Shown: positions 30,701 to 39,011 of the stretch, piece by piece
How the letters are laid out: every line of letters starts with the position of its first letter
How positions within the stretch are numbered: the first letter of the stretch is position 1
NCBI GenBank assembly: GCA_963845145.1
Contig: CAWJQU010000005.1
Location: 64,001 to 128,000 of the forward strand
Direction: 5' to 3'
Source of the DNA: an uncultured delta proteobacterium
GTDB taxonomy: Bacteria > Desulfobacterota > Desulfobacteria > Desulfobacterales > QNYZ01
Length of the DNA stretch: 64,000 nt
Position numbers and translations under genes: made by a program
The notes under the pieces: model-generated
Databases searched by the model: none
The model's input: only the letters and a program-made list of their open reading frames with translations
What the model was told of the DNA's origin: nothing

Positions 30701-32089
30701 GTGTACAAAATGTTTAAACTGCCCGGAATCCCGGTCAAACAGATCGAGCCCCTCGCGGGTACCCACCCACAACCTGCCTTTACGATCTTCGGTGACTGTA
30801 AAGATATTATTCGAGATTAAACTGCCAGGATCATTTGGATCATGACGATAGTGGGTGAATATCCCGGTATCGGGATCGAACTTATTCAAGCCACCTCCCA
30901 GAGTGCCAATCCAGACAACACCCTCACGATCTTCAATCACCCCCCAAACGGCGTTGTGGCTCAAACTATTAGGATCATCCGGGTCATGACGATAGTGTGT
31001 GAATTTGGTAGCCGCCTGATCCAGTCGGTTGATGCCGCCATCCCAGGTGGAAACCCAGAGCGCGCCGGTCTTGTCTTCGTATATGTCGAACACCCACACG
31101 CCGGCAATGCTGTCGGGATTATCGGGATTGGGCTGATAGGGTCTGAAGTGCTTCGTTTTAGGGCTAAACCGGTTCAGGCTGCCTTCTGTGGTCCCTACCC
31201 ATAATTCACCGGATCGGTCCCAATGCAACGCATAAATATTGTTGTGACTGATGCTGTGGGGATTCTCCGGGTTGTTCAGATAATGAATAAATTGCCCTGT
31301 CTGGGGGTCAAACCAATCCAGACCTTTATCGGTACCCACCCACAATCCGCTTACCGGGTCATTGGCAATGGCTCGAATGGTATCACCGCTCAAACTGTTG
31401 GCGTCCTCAGGATTATGTAAAAATCGAGTAAACCCGCCGGTGGCCGGATCAAACCGGTTTAGGCCACCACCAAGGGTGCCGACCCATAAATAACCCGCTT
31501 TATCTTGTTGCAAGCCCCAGACGCCATTATTGCTTAAACTGTGGGGATCATTCGGGTTGTGAAGGTAGTGAGTAAACTGCCCTGTCTGGGGGTTGAATTG
31601 GTTCAAGCCGCCATCCGTGCCCACCCAAAACCGTCCCTTTGCATCTACAAAAAAGCTGTTTACCCGATCATTGCTCAAACTGTGGGGATCGTCTGCGTTG
31701 TGTTGATAACGGGTAAAACGTTCGGTAGCCGGATCGTATTTATTCAGACCGCCATTCACGGTACCTACCCAAATATATCCCTCCCCGTCTTCGTGCAGGG
31801 TGCGGACATTGGTATGGCTGATACTATGAGGATCATCTCGATTGGGGAGATACGCTTTGAATTCATAGCCGTCATAGCGGTTGAGGCCATTGGCCGTGGC
31901 AAACCACATAAACCCCTGTCTATCTTGTAAAATCTCCCGCGTATTAAGCGACAGCAACCCCTGTTCGGGCGTGAGGTGATCGAATTTGAGGGCAGGGCCC
32001 TCCATACTCCGGGCCAGGGCCAAAGGGTTCGATGTAATCAAGCCAAATAAAACGACACCGATCACAAATGATTTTATGCTACTCCTCAA
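27719..32089 (-). CDS. Hybrid sensor kinase with Reg_prop beta-propeller and Y_Y_Y periplasmic sensor, PAS, HisKA, HATPase, REC
   Basis: Repeated D..G.LWVGT.GGLNRFDP blades, YAYMLEGFD...YTNLDPGNYTFRVKASNNDGVWN, TM, SHELRTPLN, receiver; no AraC domain. Confidence 0.92.
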   Translation of the reverse strand: MRSSIKSFVIGVVLFGLITSNPLALARSMEGPALKFDHLTPEQGLLSLNTREILQDRQGFMWFATANGLNRYDGYEFKAYLPNRDDPHSISHTNVRTLHEDGEGYIWVGTVNGGLNKYDPATERFTRYQHNADDPHSLSNDRVNSFFVDAKGRFWVGTDGGLNQFNPQTGQFTHYLHNPNDPHSLSNNGVWGLQQDKAGYLWVGTLGGGLNRFDPATGGFTRFLHNPEDANSLSGDTIRAIANDPVSGLWVGTDKGLDWFDPQTGQFIHYLNNPENPHSISHNNIYALHWDRSGELWVGTTEGSLNRFSPKTKHFRPYQPNPDNPDSIAGVWVFDIYEDKTGALWVSTWDGGINRLDQAATKFTHYRHDPDDPNSLSHNAVWGVIEDREGVVWIGTLGGGLNKFDPDTGIFTHYRHDPNDPGSLISNNIFTVTEDRKGRLWVGTREGLDLFDRDSGQFKHFVHRDNDQTSLSNNWVMRIFEDQSDRLWVGTYGGGFNRFNPETGQFVNYLHNPDDENSLSANLVMDIIVDKKGMLWIATFGGGLNKFDPETEKFSHYFHNPDDPDSLFHDEIAQMAFDPEDRMWITTGAGPDRFDMETGIFTHFNEGIPNTNIGSLLLDEAGFVWMALYGKGLSRFDPKTETYRTFDSTDGVQPAEFLPGAGCKGKAGRFYFGGNGGLNVFNPAQLKDNNNIPPVVLTNFQLFNQPVLIGDKDSPLKQPIQMMEKLTLAYDQSVFSFEFAALNYRFPDKNQYAYMLEGFDKLWNYTDSSRRFATYTNLDPGNYTFRVKASNNDGVWNEEGKAVSITILPSWWQSVWFRGLVAMGIMGLLLGGYRWRVGAVERRNLELEKQVAERTKEFQESEERYHGLSASTFEAVIIHDKGVIEDANEAATALFGYPHSELLGMHLNVLITPESRVLVEKKIFAGSEEPYEVAGIKADRSPLELEVRAKTVPYKGRHIRVAAARDISERKEAEDRIRKAKDQAEAANLAKSTFLANMSHELRTPLNTVLGFSDLLLRDAASGLEALSPTQKENLLTVHRSGKHLLTLINNVLELSRVEAGRVTLDIVLCDLHKLLDDIEDMFALKAREKNLALVFKRTEDLPRFAGVDEVKLRQVLINLVGNGVKFTEKGKVSVLAGVRHQDDSSATIDDVRLYFEISDTGVGIAPEDLEGIFGVFSQTGFGRTAQEGTGLGLAISQQFAELMGGKIIAKNQVDCGMTFTFDMWAEKVNTPPMVLESMQRHIVGIKPGQPVFRILIVEDNASNRSLLVTLLRRMGFELSEAENGQEAIEKWELFDPHLIWMDMRMPVMSGYEATKRIKASPGGMATKILALTASGFEEDRVRILESGCDDFLRKPFDVDDLLQMMGDHLNIHWIYEENKATTVASFEDISQELAAIPRELAEALYNEAVRANIKTVNELIDEIYTHNPGIAAEFKQLADQFKFALLAEKMKGLLS
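27754..27868. repeat. 115-bp exact direct repeat, copy 2
   Basis: Identical to 23681-23795. Confidence 0.9.
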
Positions 32090-32120
32090 CAGAGTACCTC
32101 CCTCTTAAGGATTATCCGTT

Positions 32121-32501
32121 TCATGGCCGGGAATCCTGAACAAATCCCGTGAGAACGTTCATTAATTTTTCAAATTGCGTCGATTTTTCAAAAAACAGAT
32201 CAGCGCCCAGCGCCATGCATCTTTTGCGGTATTGATCTAAGGGGTAGTTCGTGTACATGATCACCAGAACGGACGGATAATGTTTCTTGATTTCTTTCAA
32301 AAGCCCGATGCCGTTGCCGCCGGGCATTCGTATATCCAGGATGACTGCCTCAGCCTTCGTTATTGGTATCTGCTGAATGGCAAGTCTAGGGTTATCGGCC
32401 TGTCCCACGACCTTGATTCTAGGGTGTTCAGCCATCATCTCAATCAAACGATCACGTAATGGCTTTGAATCATCCACTATGAATACTCTCATGAAGTCCA
32501 T
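32121..32501 (-). CDS. Stand-alone response regulator receiver (NarL-like REC without HTH)
   Basis: VFIVDD, ILDIRMPGGNG, FEK; 126 aa. Confidence 0.88.
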   Translation of the reverse strand: MDFMRVFIVDDSKPLRDRLIEMMAEHPRIKVVGQADNPRLAIQQIPITKAEAVILDIRMPGGNGIGLLKEIKKHYPSVLVIMYTNYPLDQYRKRCMALGADLFFEKSTQFEKLMNVLTGFVQDSRP

Positions 32502-32574
32502 CCATATATATGGTTTCGTTGTCTATCTCTATTGGAAATCGGGTAGCACATGGGTTATGTTCGGTTGTCTATTC

Positions 32575-33009
32575 CTATCCGTCAGCGTCTACTTTGCACT
32601 CTGCATTGGTATTCCCAATCTTCCTCAAGTAGTCTCCGAATTCGAGGTCCTTCAATGTTGTATGATTTATCAGCCAATCGGTTAAGAAAGGAACAATTGT
32701 TTCCGTCCCGCTATTAAGAAAATCAAACCTGACTTTAACATTATTCAGTTGCTGGATAAGCTCCAGATGGCTCACTTTATGTAGATACAGACCATCATAC
32801 TGGGTAATAAGCATTCTATTTTCTTCACTGGCAAAATGGAAAACGGCGTATTTTGCCAGTTCATCCATCAGGTTTGATATATGGATTTTTTCGCACCTTT
32901 GGTTTATCAGGGTATCGAGTCTCTCAATCAATAGGAAAAAAAACCGATGCTGAAGATCAATTTCGGGAATCCCCACCGAATACTTTTGTTCCCATTTAAT
33001 GAAAACCAT
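32575..33009 (-). CDS. Bacteriohemerythrin (non-heme di-iron O2-binding protein)
   Basis: W...YSVGIPEIDLQH, HFASEE, HKVSH, WLINHTTLKD: full H...HxxxE...HxxxH...HxxxxD ligand set. Confidence 0.92.
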   Translation of the reverse strand: MVFIKWEQKYSVGIPEIDLQHRFFFLLIERLDTLINQRCEKIHISNLMDELAKYAVFHFASEENRMLITQYDGLYLHKVSHLELIQQLNNVKVRFDFLNSGTETIVPFLTDWLINHTTLKDLEFGDYLRKIGNTNAECKVDADG

Positions 33010-33173
33010 TTCCAGCCCTCACGATTGTCGATTATGATCAGAATAGCGGATTCTCGCGCTTCCTATAACTCGGAATCTAATGGTTGCGAGTAAAGATTGT
33101 GCGCCGTCAGGGTTAACCCTCTTTCAGATTTGAGGATTAGTCCTGACTATACGCTGAGGAACAATCTAGTTGT

Positions 33174-33237
33174 ATCGGGCTTTATCTGATTTCTGTGTAG
33201 GACACGGGTAAACGGTATTGTCGGTTTTTTACCTACA
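33174..33237. promoter_or_regulatory. Candidate NarL/LuxR-family operator sites upstream of the hemerythrin gene
   Basis: ATCGG-N7-CTGAT (33174-33190), TGTAGG (33196-33201), TGTCGG-N7-CCTACA (33219-33237). Confidence 0.35.
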
Positions 33238-33295
33238 TATTAGGGTGTGAGAATGGGGGTGGTGGGATGGCCTGCCAAAAGATAATGCTGCCGTT

Positions 33296-33928
33296 TCATT
33301 TTATATGGCCATTTTTGATGGCATAGTAGGTTATTTCAGCATTATTTTTCATTTTCATTTTTGCAAGTATTCGTGACCGATAGGTACTGACGGTCTTGAC
33401 GCTTAAAAACAGATCTGCAGCAATCTCTTTGATGGTTATTCCTTTAGAAATCATGCGCATCACCTGATATTCTCTGTCGGACAGGGTTTCATGGGGGGCT
33501 TTTTCTGATCCGGCTTCAAGGTCAACAGCCAATATCTCAGCAAGTGCCATACTAATATACTTTCTGCCGGAGCTGACTCTTTGAATCGCGCCGATCAATT
33601 CTTCCGGCGCACTTTCTTTAGTTAGGTACCCCGCAGCACCGGCCTTAATTACCCTCAGCGCATATTGCTGTTCGGAATGCATACTTAACACCAGAATAGG
33701 CAGTTTCGGTTCTTCAACTTTTAACTGCTTGAGAGTTTCGATCCCGTCTCTGCCAGGCATGGTTATATCCAGCACGAGCACGTCAAAATCACCGGACCGA
33801 ATTTTGTTCAAAACCTCCCGGCCGTTACTCGCCTCGGCGGTGACAATCATACGGGAATTTTCAGAAATGATTTGCTTGAGCCCTTCCCGAACAATGGCAT
33901 GATCGTCGGCAATGATAATTTTTATCAT
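33296..33928 (-). CDS. NarL/UvrY-family DNA-binding response regulator
   Basis: IIIADDHAIVREGLK receiver; LSDREYQV...LSVKTVSTYRSRILAKM LuxR HTH. Confidence 0.95.
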   Translation of the reverse strand: MIKIIIADDHAIVREGLKQIISENSRMIVTAEASNGREVLNKIRSGDFDVLVLDITMPGRDGIETLKQLKVEEPKLPILVLSMHSEQQYALRVIKAGAAGYLTKESAPEELIGAIQRVSSGRKYISMALAEILAVDLEAGSEKAPHETLSDREYQVMRMISKGITIKEIAADLFLSVKTVSTYRSRILAKMKMKNNAEITYYAIKNGHIK

Positions 33929-33937
33929 TGGGATGCT

Positions 33938-33970
33938 CCCGTTAAGACCCCGTTAAGACCCCGTTAAGAC
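33938..33970. repeat. Perfect tandem repeat (CCCGTTAAGAC)x3
   Basis: Three exact 11-bp copies abutting the RBS of the NarL-type regulator. Confidence 0.9.
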
Positions 33971-33998
33971 AAGGGTTAGAAAATGACAGCCTGTCCGG

Positions 33999-35141
33999 TT
34001 ACAACTTTTCAAGTGGGACGCTAACACTAATTGTGGTTCCTGCGCCAGGTACGCCTGTAATCTCCGTCTTACCGCCAAAGGTATGAATCCGCTCCCGGAT
34101 ACCCAAAAGCCCGAGAGACCCGCCACGTGTTATTTGCTTTTGATTAATTCCGATACCATTGTCTTTTACGGTTAACTCGACCCGGCTTTTTACTTTTTTC
34201 AGATCTATCTCGACCCTGGTGGCATTGGCATGCTTTAAAACGTTGGTCAATGTTTCCTGAAAAATCCTGAAAAGGGCCGTGGAGCGCTTTTCATCCAAAA
34301 TAATATCTTCCGGATCCGAGGTGACCTTAGCCTTAATTCCTGTTCGATTTTTAAACTCGCCCGCCTGCCATTCGATCGCAGCAGCAAGGCCGAAATCGTC
34401 CAGGATGCCCGGTCTCAAATCCGCACAGATCATTTTTACCGACTGCAATGTATTGAGGGTTGATGCCGACATGGATTCGATTTTATCTAATACCATTTGC
34501 TGCTTTCCACTCAATTTCCTTGCTAACCAGGCCAGATCCATTCTAAAAATGGTTAAGGCCTGACCGAGGTCATCATGAATCTCACGGGCCATACGCGCCC
34601 GCTCTTCTTCGATGAAAGAATGAAGATGGGTGGACAGTCGACGTAATTGTTTGTGCGATTGTATTAATTCGTCCTCCACGCGATGCCGCTCAGAAATTTC
34701 TCTGGCCAATAATACGTTGCTGCCTTCAGTCTCTTTTTTCAAAAAATTGAAAGACAGGTGCATTTTAACCCGGGCGACAACCTCTTCTGCCTGGTAAGGT
34801 TTGGTGATGTAATCCACAGCGCCTGCGGAAAACGCTCTCACTTTGTCTTCCACGTTTTCCGAAGCACTGACAAAAACGACCGGAACGGCCAGTGGTGATC
34901 GTTCCGTTTTCAGATGACGGCATACTTCGAATCCATTTATTTTGGGCATTTTGATGTCCAGAATAAGTAAATCGGGCGGTTCAGCTCGAATGCCCGCCAA
35001 GGCGGCCTCCCCATCAATGGCGGGACGGACGTTGTACCCTTCTCTACTCAGGATCTCAACAATCAGCCGCAAGTCATCCAGCGAGTCGTCAGCGACCAGA
35101 ATATCGGCTACGGTTTTTTCGCCCATTTTTATTGGATCCAT
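33999..35141 (-). CDS. REC-HisKA_3 histidine kinase (NarX/UhpB-type)
   Basis: N-terminal receiver; EEERARMAREIHDDLGQAL, LRPGILDD, FQETLTNVLKHA, GLLGIRER. Confidence 0.92.
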   Translation of the reverse strand: MDPIKMGEKTVADILVADDSLDDLRLIVEILSREGYNVRPAIDGEAALAGIRAEPPDLLILDIKMPKINGFEVCRHLKTERSPLAVPVVFVSASENVEDKVRAFSAGAVDYITKPYQAEEVVARVKMHLSFNFLKKETEGSNVLLAREISERHRVEDELIQSHKQLRRLSTHLHSFIEEERARMAREIHDDLGQALTIFRMDLAWLARKLSGKQQMVLDKIESMSASTLNTLQSVKMICADLRPGILDDFGLAAAIEWQAGEFKNRTGIKAKVTSDPEDIILDEKRSTALFRIFQETLTNVLKHANATRVEIDLKKVKSRVELTVKDNGIGINQKQITRGGSLGLLGIRERIHTFGGKTEITGVPGAGTTISVSVPLEKL

Positions 35142-35411
35142 TTCCCCCCTATCAAGGTATTATCGACCTATTCCTGAATTACTTTAACCGCATCGGTTTA
35201 AAACCGGACAGGTGTCAATTTTCGATTAGGGGATTGTGAATAAATTAGCTGCCAAATGAAAGGGCAATGAGGATATACACATGTTTAAAGATGTAAGGCG
35301 ATTGGAAAAAAATGGGACTCGACAGTCACAGCAATGCGCCTCAAGCGGCATCACCCTCAGCATCATTAGAATACTTGATGCGCATCGTACCGTCAAGTTA
35401 CTTATTCATCA

Positions 35412-35999
35412 CTATATTTTGTAAATCACCCGCTTTTCGGAAATGATGATATCCACATAACGGTCATGGGATTCCATGGGCACCATGGGAATGATCTGGT
35501 CTTCCAGAGAAAGGGCCACTTTGCGCGTCGTAACGGCAAGCTCAGGGATCAATCGATCGTAATACCCTTCGCCGGAACCGATTCGCCCCCCCTTTTCATC
35601 GTAGGCAATTCCCGGAATAATTGCGATATCAATGCATTCGATGGGGACTTCATTGCATTTTTTGGGGTCGGGCTCCAGGATGCCGCGTGGGCCCTTTTTA
35701 AGATCTTTTTTCGGGTCATCCACTTTTAGCATACGCATGGTGCGGCTTGCTTGATCGAACACGGGAAGCACCACGATCTTGCTGTAATCGTAAGCCCTGT
35801 CGACAATACCCCGGCCATGAACTTCACCGGATTTCTCGATATAGAGCAATGCAATTCGTGATTCCAAAAAATTGGCGAATTCAAACAATTGCGCTTCGAT
35901 TTGTTTGTACTTAAGCGCCAGTTCATCCGCCGGCATTTGTTGCAGCTTTTTGGCGATATTCTCTCGGATATCTTCTTTACTTAACTGACCATCATCCAT
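35412..35999 (-). CDS. 5-formyltetrahydrofolate cyclo-ligase
   Basis: K..IR N-terminus, GILEP, IIPGIAYDEKGGRIGSGEGYYDR, ESHDRYVD. Confidence 0.92.
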   Translation of the reverse strand: MDDGQLSKEDIRENIAKKLQQMPADELALKYKQIEAQLFEFANFLESRIALLYIEKSGEVHGRGIVDRAYDYSKIVVLPVFDQASRTMRMLKVDDPKKDLKKGPRGILEPDPKKCNEVPIECIDIAIIPGIAYDEKGGRIGSGEGYYDRLIPELAVTTRKVALSLEDQIIPMVPMESHDRYVDIIISEKRVIYKI

Positions 36000-36234
36000 G
36001 AAACACTCCCGATGCCAATGTGAGAATCAACGATCGACCGCTTATAAACCATTTTGGATACCCATTGACTATTTTCACCTGCCCTGATACGAAAATCGCG
36101 TTCAATAGGCACGGATGGCAATTCTTGTCATCATCATTCATTACAAAAGCCATTTTACGGAATCTTCATGATATATCAGGATAGATTCCGGATCTAATCA
36201 ACAAATAGATCAGCCGGTTAATATAGGTATCCTT

Positions 36235-37509
36235 ATGTTGGAAATCAAGTACCTTCGCAAAAACCTGTCCCTGGTGGAAAAAGCCATGAGCGCCCGCGGC
36301 ACGCAAATTGATTTGCAGGCCCTTCTCGCTGCCGATGAACAACGCCGCAGCGTACTTCAAGAACTTGAAACCCTTCGGCATCGACGCAATACGGTCTCTG
36401 ATGAAATCGCAAAAATGAAAAAGGCCGGAAAAAATGCCGACGAAGAGATGACCGCCATGCGGGAAGTCGCCGCCCAAATCAAAGCCTTGGACCCAAAACG
36501 GGTTCAATACGAATCGGAGATCCAAACCAAATTGATGGGGATTCCCAACATCCCCCATGAAACCGTACCGGTGGGAACCAATGAATCCGACAATGTGACC
36601 GTCAAAGAGGTTGGTTCCCCACCGAGTTTTGATTTTGATCCCAAAGCTCATTGGGATATCGGGAAAAATTTAGGCATATTGGATTTCGAGCGGGCCGCTC
36701 GTATCACAGGTGCCCGTTTTCCGCTGTATTTCGATGCCGGTGCCAGGCTGGAACGTGCCTTAATCAACTTCATGCTCGATAACCATACGAAAAATCATGG
36801 CTACCGGGAGGTTTTACCACCCTTTATCGTTAACCGGGATGCATTGATGCATACCGGACAACTTCCCAAGTTTGCCGAAGATCTGTTTAAGCTCGAAAAC
36901 TGGGATTACTTTCTGGTCCCGACAGCGGAAGTGCCGGTGACCAATATTCACCAGAATGAAACCATTCCCGAGCAAGATTTGCCGATTTTATATACCGCCC
37001 ATACGCCCTGCTTTCGTTCGGAGGCCGGATCTTATGGTAAAGATACACGCGGCCTCATTCGACAGCACCAATTCAATAAAGTTGAATTGGTCCACTTTGC
37101 CCATCCGGAAACGTCATATCAACAACTGGAGATCCTTTTGGGACATGCGGAAACAATCCTAAAACAACTGGAACTCCCCTATCGGGTGATTACGCTTTGC
37201 ACGGGAGATCTTGGTTTTTCGGCTGCCAAAACCTACGATATTGAAGTGTGGATGCCGGCCCAAAACACCTATCGGGAAATATCGTCTTGCAGTAATTTCG
37301 AAGACTTTCAAGCCCGGCGGGGCAATATTCGTTTTAAACGTAAAGGCCAGAAAGGGACGGAGCTGCTCCATACCCTGAACGGCTCCGGTCTGGCCGTAGG
37401 GCGTACGGTAGCTGCCATCCTCGAGAATTATCAACAATCGGACGGCTCGGTCCTGTTGCCCAAAGCGATTCAGCCCTATATGGACGGTATGGAAAGGATT
37501 ACCGGATGA
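36235..37509 (+). CDS. serS: Serine--tRNA ligase
   Basis: [52 protein letters not shown]. Confidence 0.98.
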   Translation: MLEIKYLRKNLSLVEKAMSARGTQIDLQALLAADEQRRSVLQELETLRHRRNTVSDEIAKMKKAGKNADEEMTAMREVAAQIKALDPKRVQYESEIQTKLMGIPNIPHETVPVGTNESDNVTVKEVGSPPSFDFDPKAHWDIGKNLGILDFERAARITGARFPLYFDAGARLERALINFMLDNHTKNHGYREVLPPFIVNRDALMHTGQLPKFAEDLFKLENWDYFLVPTAEVPVTNIHQNETIPEQDLPILYTAHTPCFRSEAGSYGKDTRGLIRQHQFNKVELVHFAHPETSYQQLEILLGHAETILKQLELPYRVITLCTGDLGFSAAKTYDIEVWMPAQNTYREISSCSNFEDFQARRGNIRFKRKGQKGTELLHTLNGSGLAVGRTVAAILENYQQSDGSVLLPKAIQPYMDGMERITG

Positions 37510-39011
37510 AGCCGGAAGACTTTCCTGAGGAGATACGCCCCCATCTGATTCCCCGTCCGGATGGGAAGCTCATGTATCGCTGTTTGGGCTGCCGGGCCGT
37601 TTTCGATATTGCCAAGCTTTTGTATACCTGCCCCGATTGCGATCAGGTTTTACTTATTGAAAATGCGCAGGCCGATCGGCTCAAATCCATTTCCGGCGAA
37701 AAATGGCGGCGCATTTTCGATTATCGTAAGATGCTCACCACGCCGGCATTACAAGGTATCTATCGGTATCATGAGTTTTTGGGCCCGATCATGCCCCTTG
37801 ATGCCGTCGTCTATTTAGGCGAGGGCCACACCCCAATGGTTGCGGCCAACAACCGGCTTCAGGAGCAAGCCGGTGGGCCTTTTTACTTTAAAAATGATGG
37901 ACAGAACCCCAGTGCCTCATTTAAGGATCGGGGGATGGCCAGCGCTTTAAGTTACCTCAACTATTTAATTCAGGAAGAAAAAATCGGCGATATTCTGGCG
38001 GTGTGTGCTTCCACCGGCGACACGTCAGCCGCCGCCGCCCTGTATGCCGCCTATCTTTCCCCCAAAATTAAATCGGCCGTACTGCTCCCCCACAAAAAAG
38101 TAACGCCGCAACAGCTTTCCCAGCCTCTGGGCAGCGGGGCGGTTGTCTTTGAAATACCCGGTGTTTTCGACGATTGTATGAAAATCGTCGAAAACCTGTC
38201 AAAGCGATTCGCGGTCGCCTTATTAAATTCCAAAAACGCCTGGAGAATTCTGGGACAGGAGTCCTATGCCTATGAAATTTCCCAAGATTTTGAGTATGAT
38301 CTGAAAAACAAGGTTGTAATCGTTCCCATCGGCAATGCCGGTAATATTACAGCGATTTTGCAGGGGTTTATCAAATTTTATGAAGCGGGCATTATTGATA
38401 CCCTGCCTAAAATCATCGGCGTACAATCGGCCCACGCGGACCCGGTGTACCGCTATTACCAAGAAACCGATGTAACCAAACGGCGATTCCAACCCATTAC
38501 GGTTCAACCCAGCGTGGCCCAGGCGGCCATGATCGGTAATCCGGTCTCCATGCCCCGGGTTATTCATCTGGTGGACCAATATAATGCCCTTTGGGGCGAT
38601 CAACGGGTATATTTTGTTCAAGTCAACGAACAGGAGATCATGGATTGGCAACTAACGGCCAGCCGCAACGGCCATATCGCCTGCACCCATGGCGGCGAAT
38701 GCCTGGCGGGTTTGGTAAAAGCACGGCGGCTGAAATACCTGCTTGAGGATGAAGTCGCCATACTCGATGCCACCGCCCATGCCATCAAATTTTCCGGCTT
38801 TCAAAACATGTACTTTGAGCAAGCTTTTCCCTCGGCGTTTGAGATCAAGCCGAAAACGGAGATGATCAACAAGCCGATTTTGATAAAACCCGACGGCCCA
38901 ACGCCTACACCTGAAAACCCGCTTTTCGGGGCAGCTTTGGCACAATTCGTAGAAGGCGTCAGTGATTCCATTGCCACCACCCTGGGGCTAAAAAAAGAGC
39001 CGCCCTTATGA
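37506..39011 (+). CDS. thrC: Threonine synthase (PLP fold II, N-terminal Zn ribbon)
   Basis: [35 protein letters not shown]; CxxC/CxxC at the N-terminus; ATGA overlap with serS. Confidence 0.92.
   Translation: MKPEDFPEEIRPHLIPRPDGKLMYRCLGCRAVFDIAKLLYTCPDCDQVLLIENAQADRLKSISGEKWRRIFDYRKMLTTPALQGIYRYHEFLGPIMPLDAVVYLGEGHTPMVAANNRLQEQAGGPFYFKNDGQNPSASFKDRGMASALSYLNYLIQEEKIGDILAVCASTGDTSAAAALYAAYLSPKIKSAVLLPHKKVTPQQLSQPLGSGAVVFEIPGVFDDCMKIVENLSKRFAVALLNSKNAWRILGQESYAYEISQDFEYDLKNKVVIVPIGNAGNITAILQGFIKFYEAGIIDTLPKIIGVQSAHADPVYRYYQETDVTKRRFQPITVQPSVAQAAMIGNPVSMPRVIHLVDQYNALWGDQRVYFVQVNEQEIMDWQLTASRNGHIACTHGGECLAGLVKARRLKYLLEDEVAILDATAHAIKFSGFQNMYFEQAFPSAFEIKPKTEMINKPILIKPDGPTPTPENPLFGAALAQFVEGVSDSIATTLGLKKEPPL

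Noticed and set aside
30060..31990. Periodic repeats as a non-coding repeat array
   Set aside because: They are the coding beta-propeller blades of the 1456-aa kinase
33938..33970. CRISPR array
   Set aside because: 11-bp units with no spacers and no cas genes
35334..35385. 12-bp inverted repeat ATGCGCCTCAAG/CTTGATGCGCAT
   Set aside because: Large loop and no U-tract; too little support for a terminator or ncRNA call
36000..36234. 6S RNA (ssrS), often found upstream of 5-formyl-THF cyclo-ligase
   Set aside because: No long self-complementary rod with a central bubble recognised; a covariance-model scan would be needed to exclude it fully
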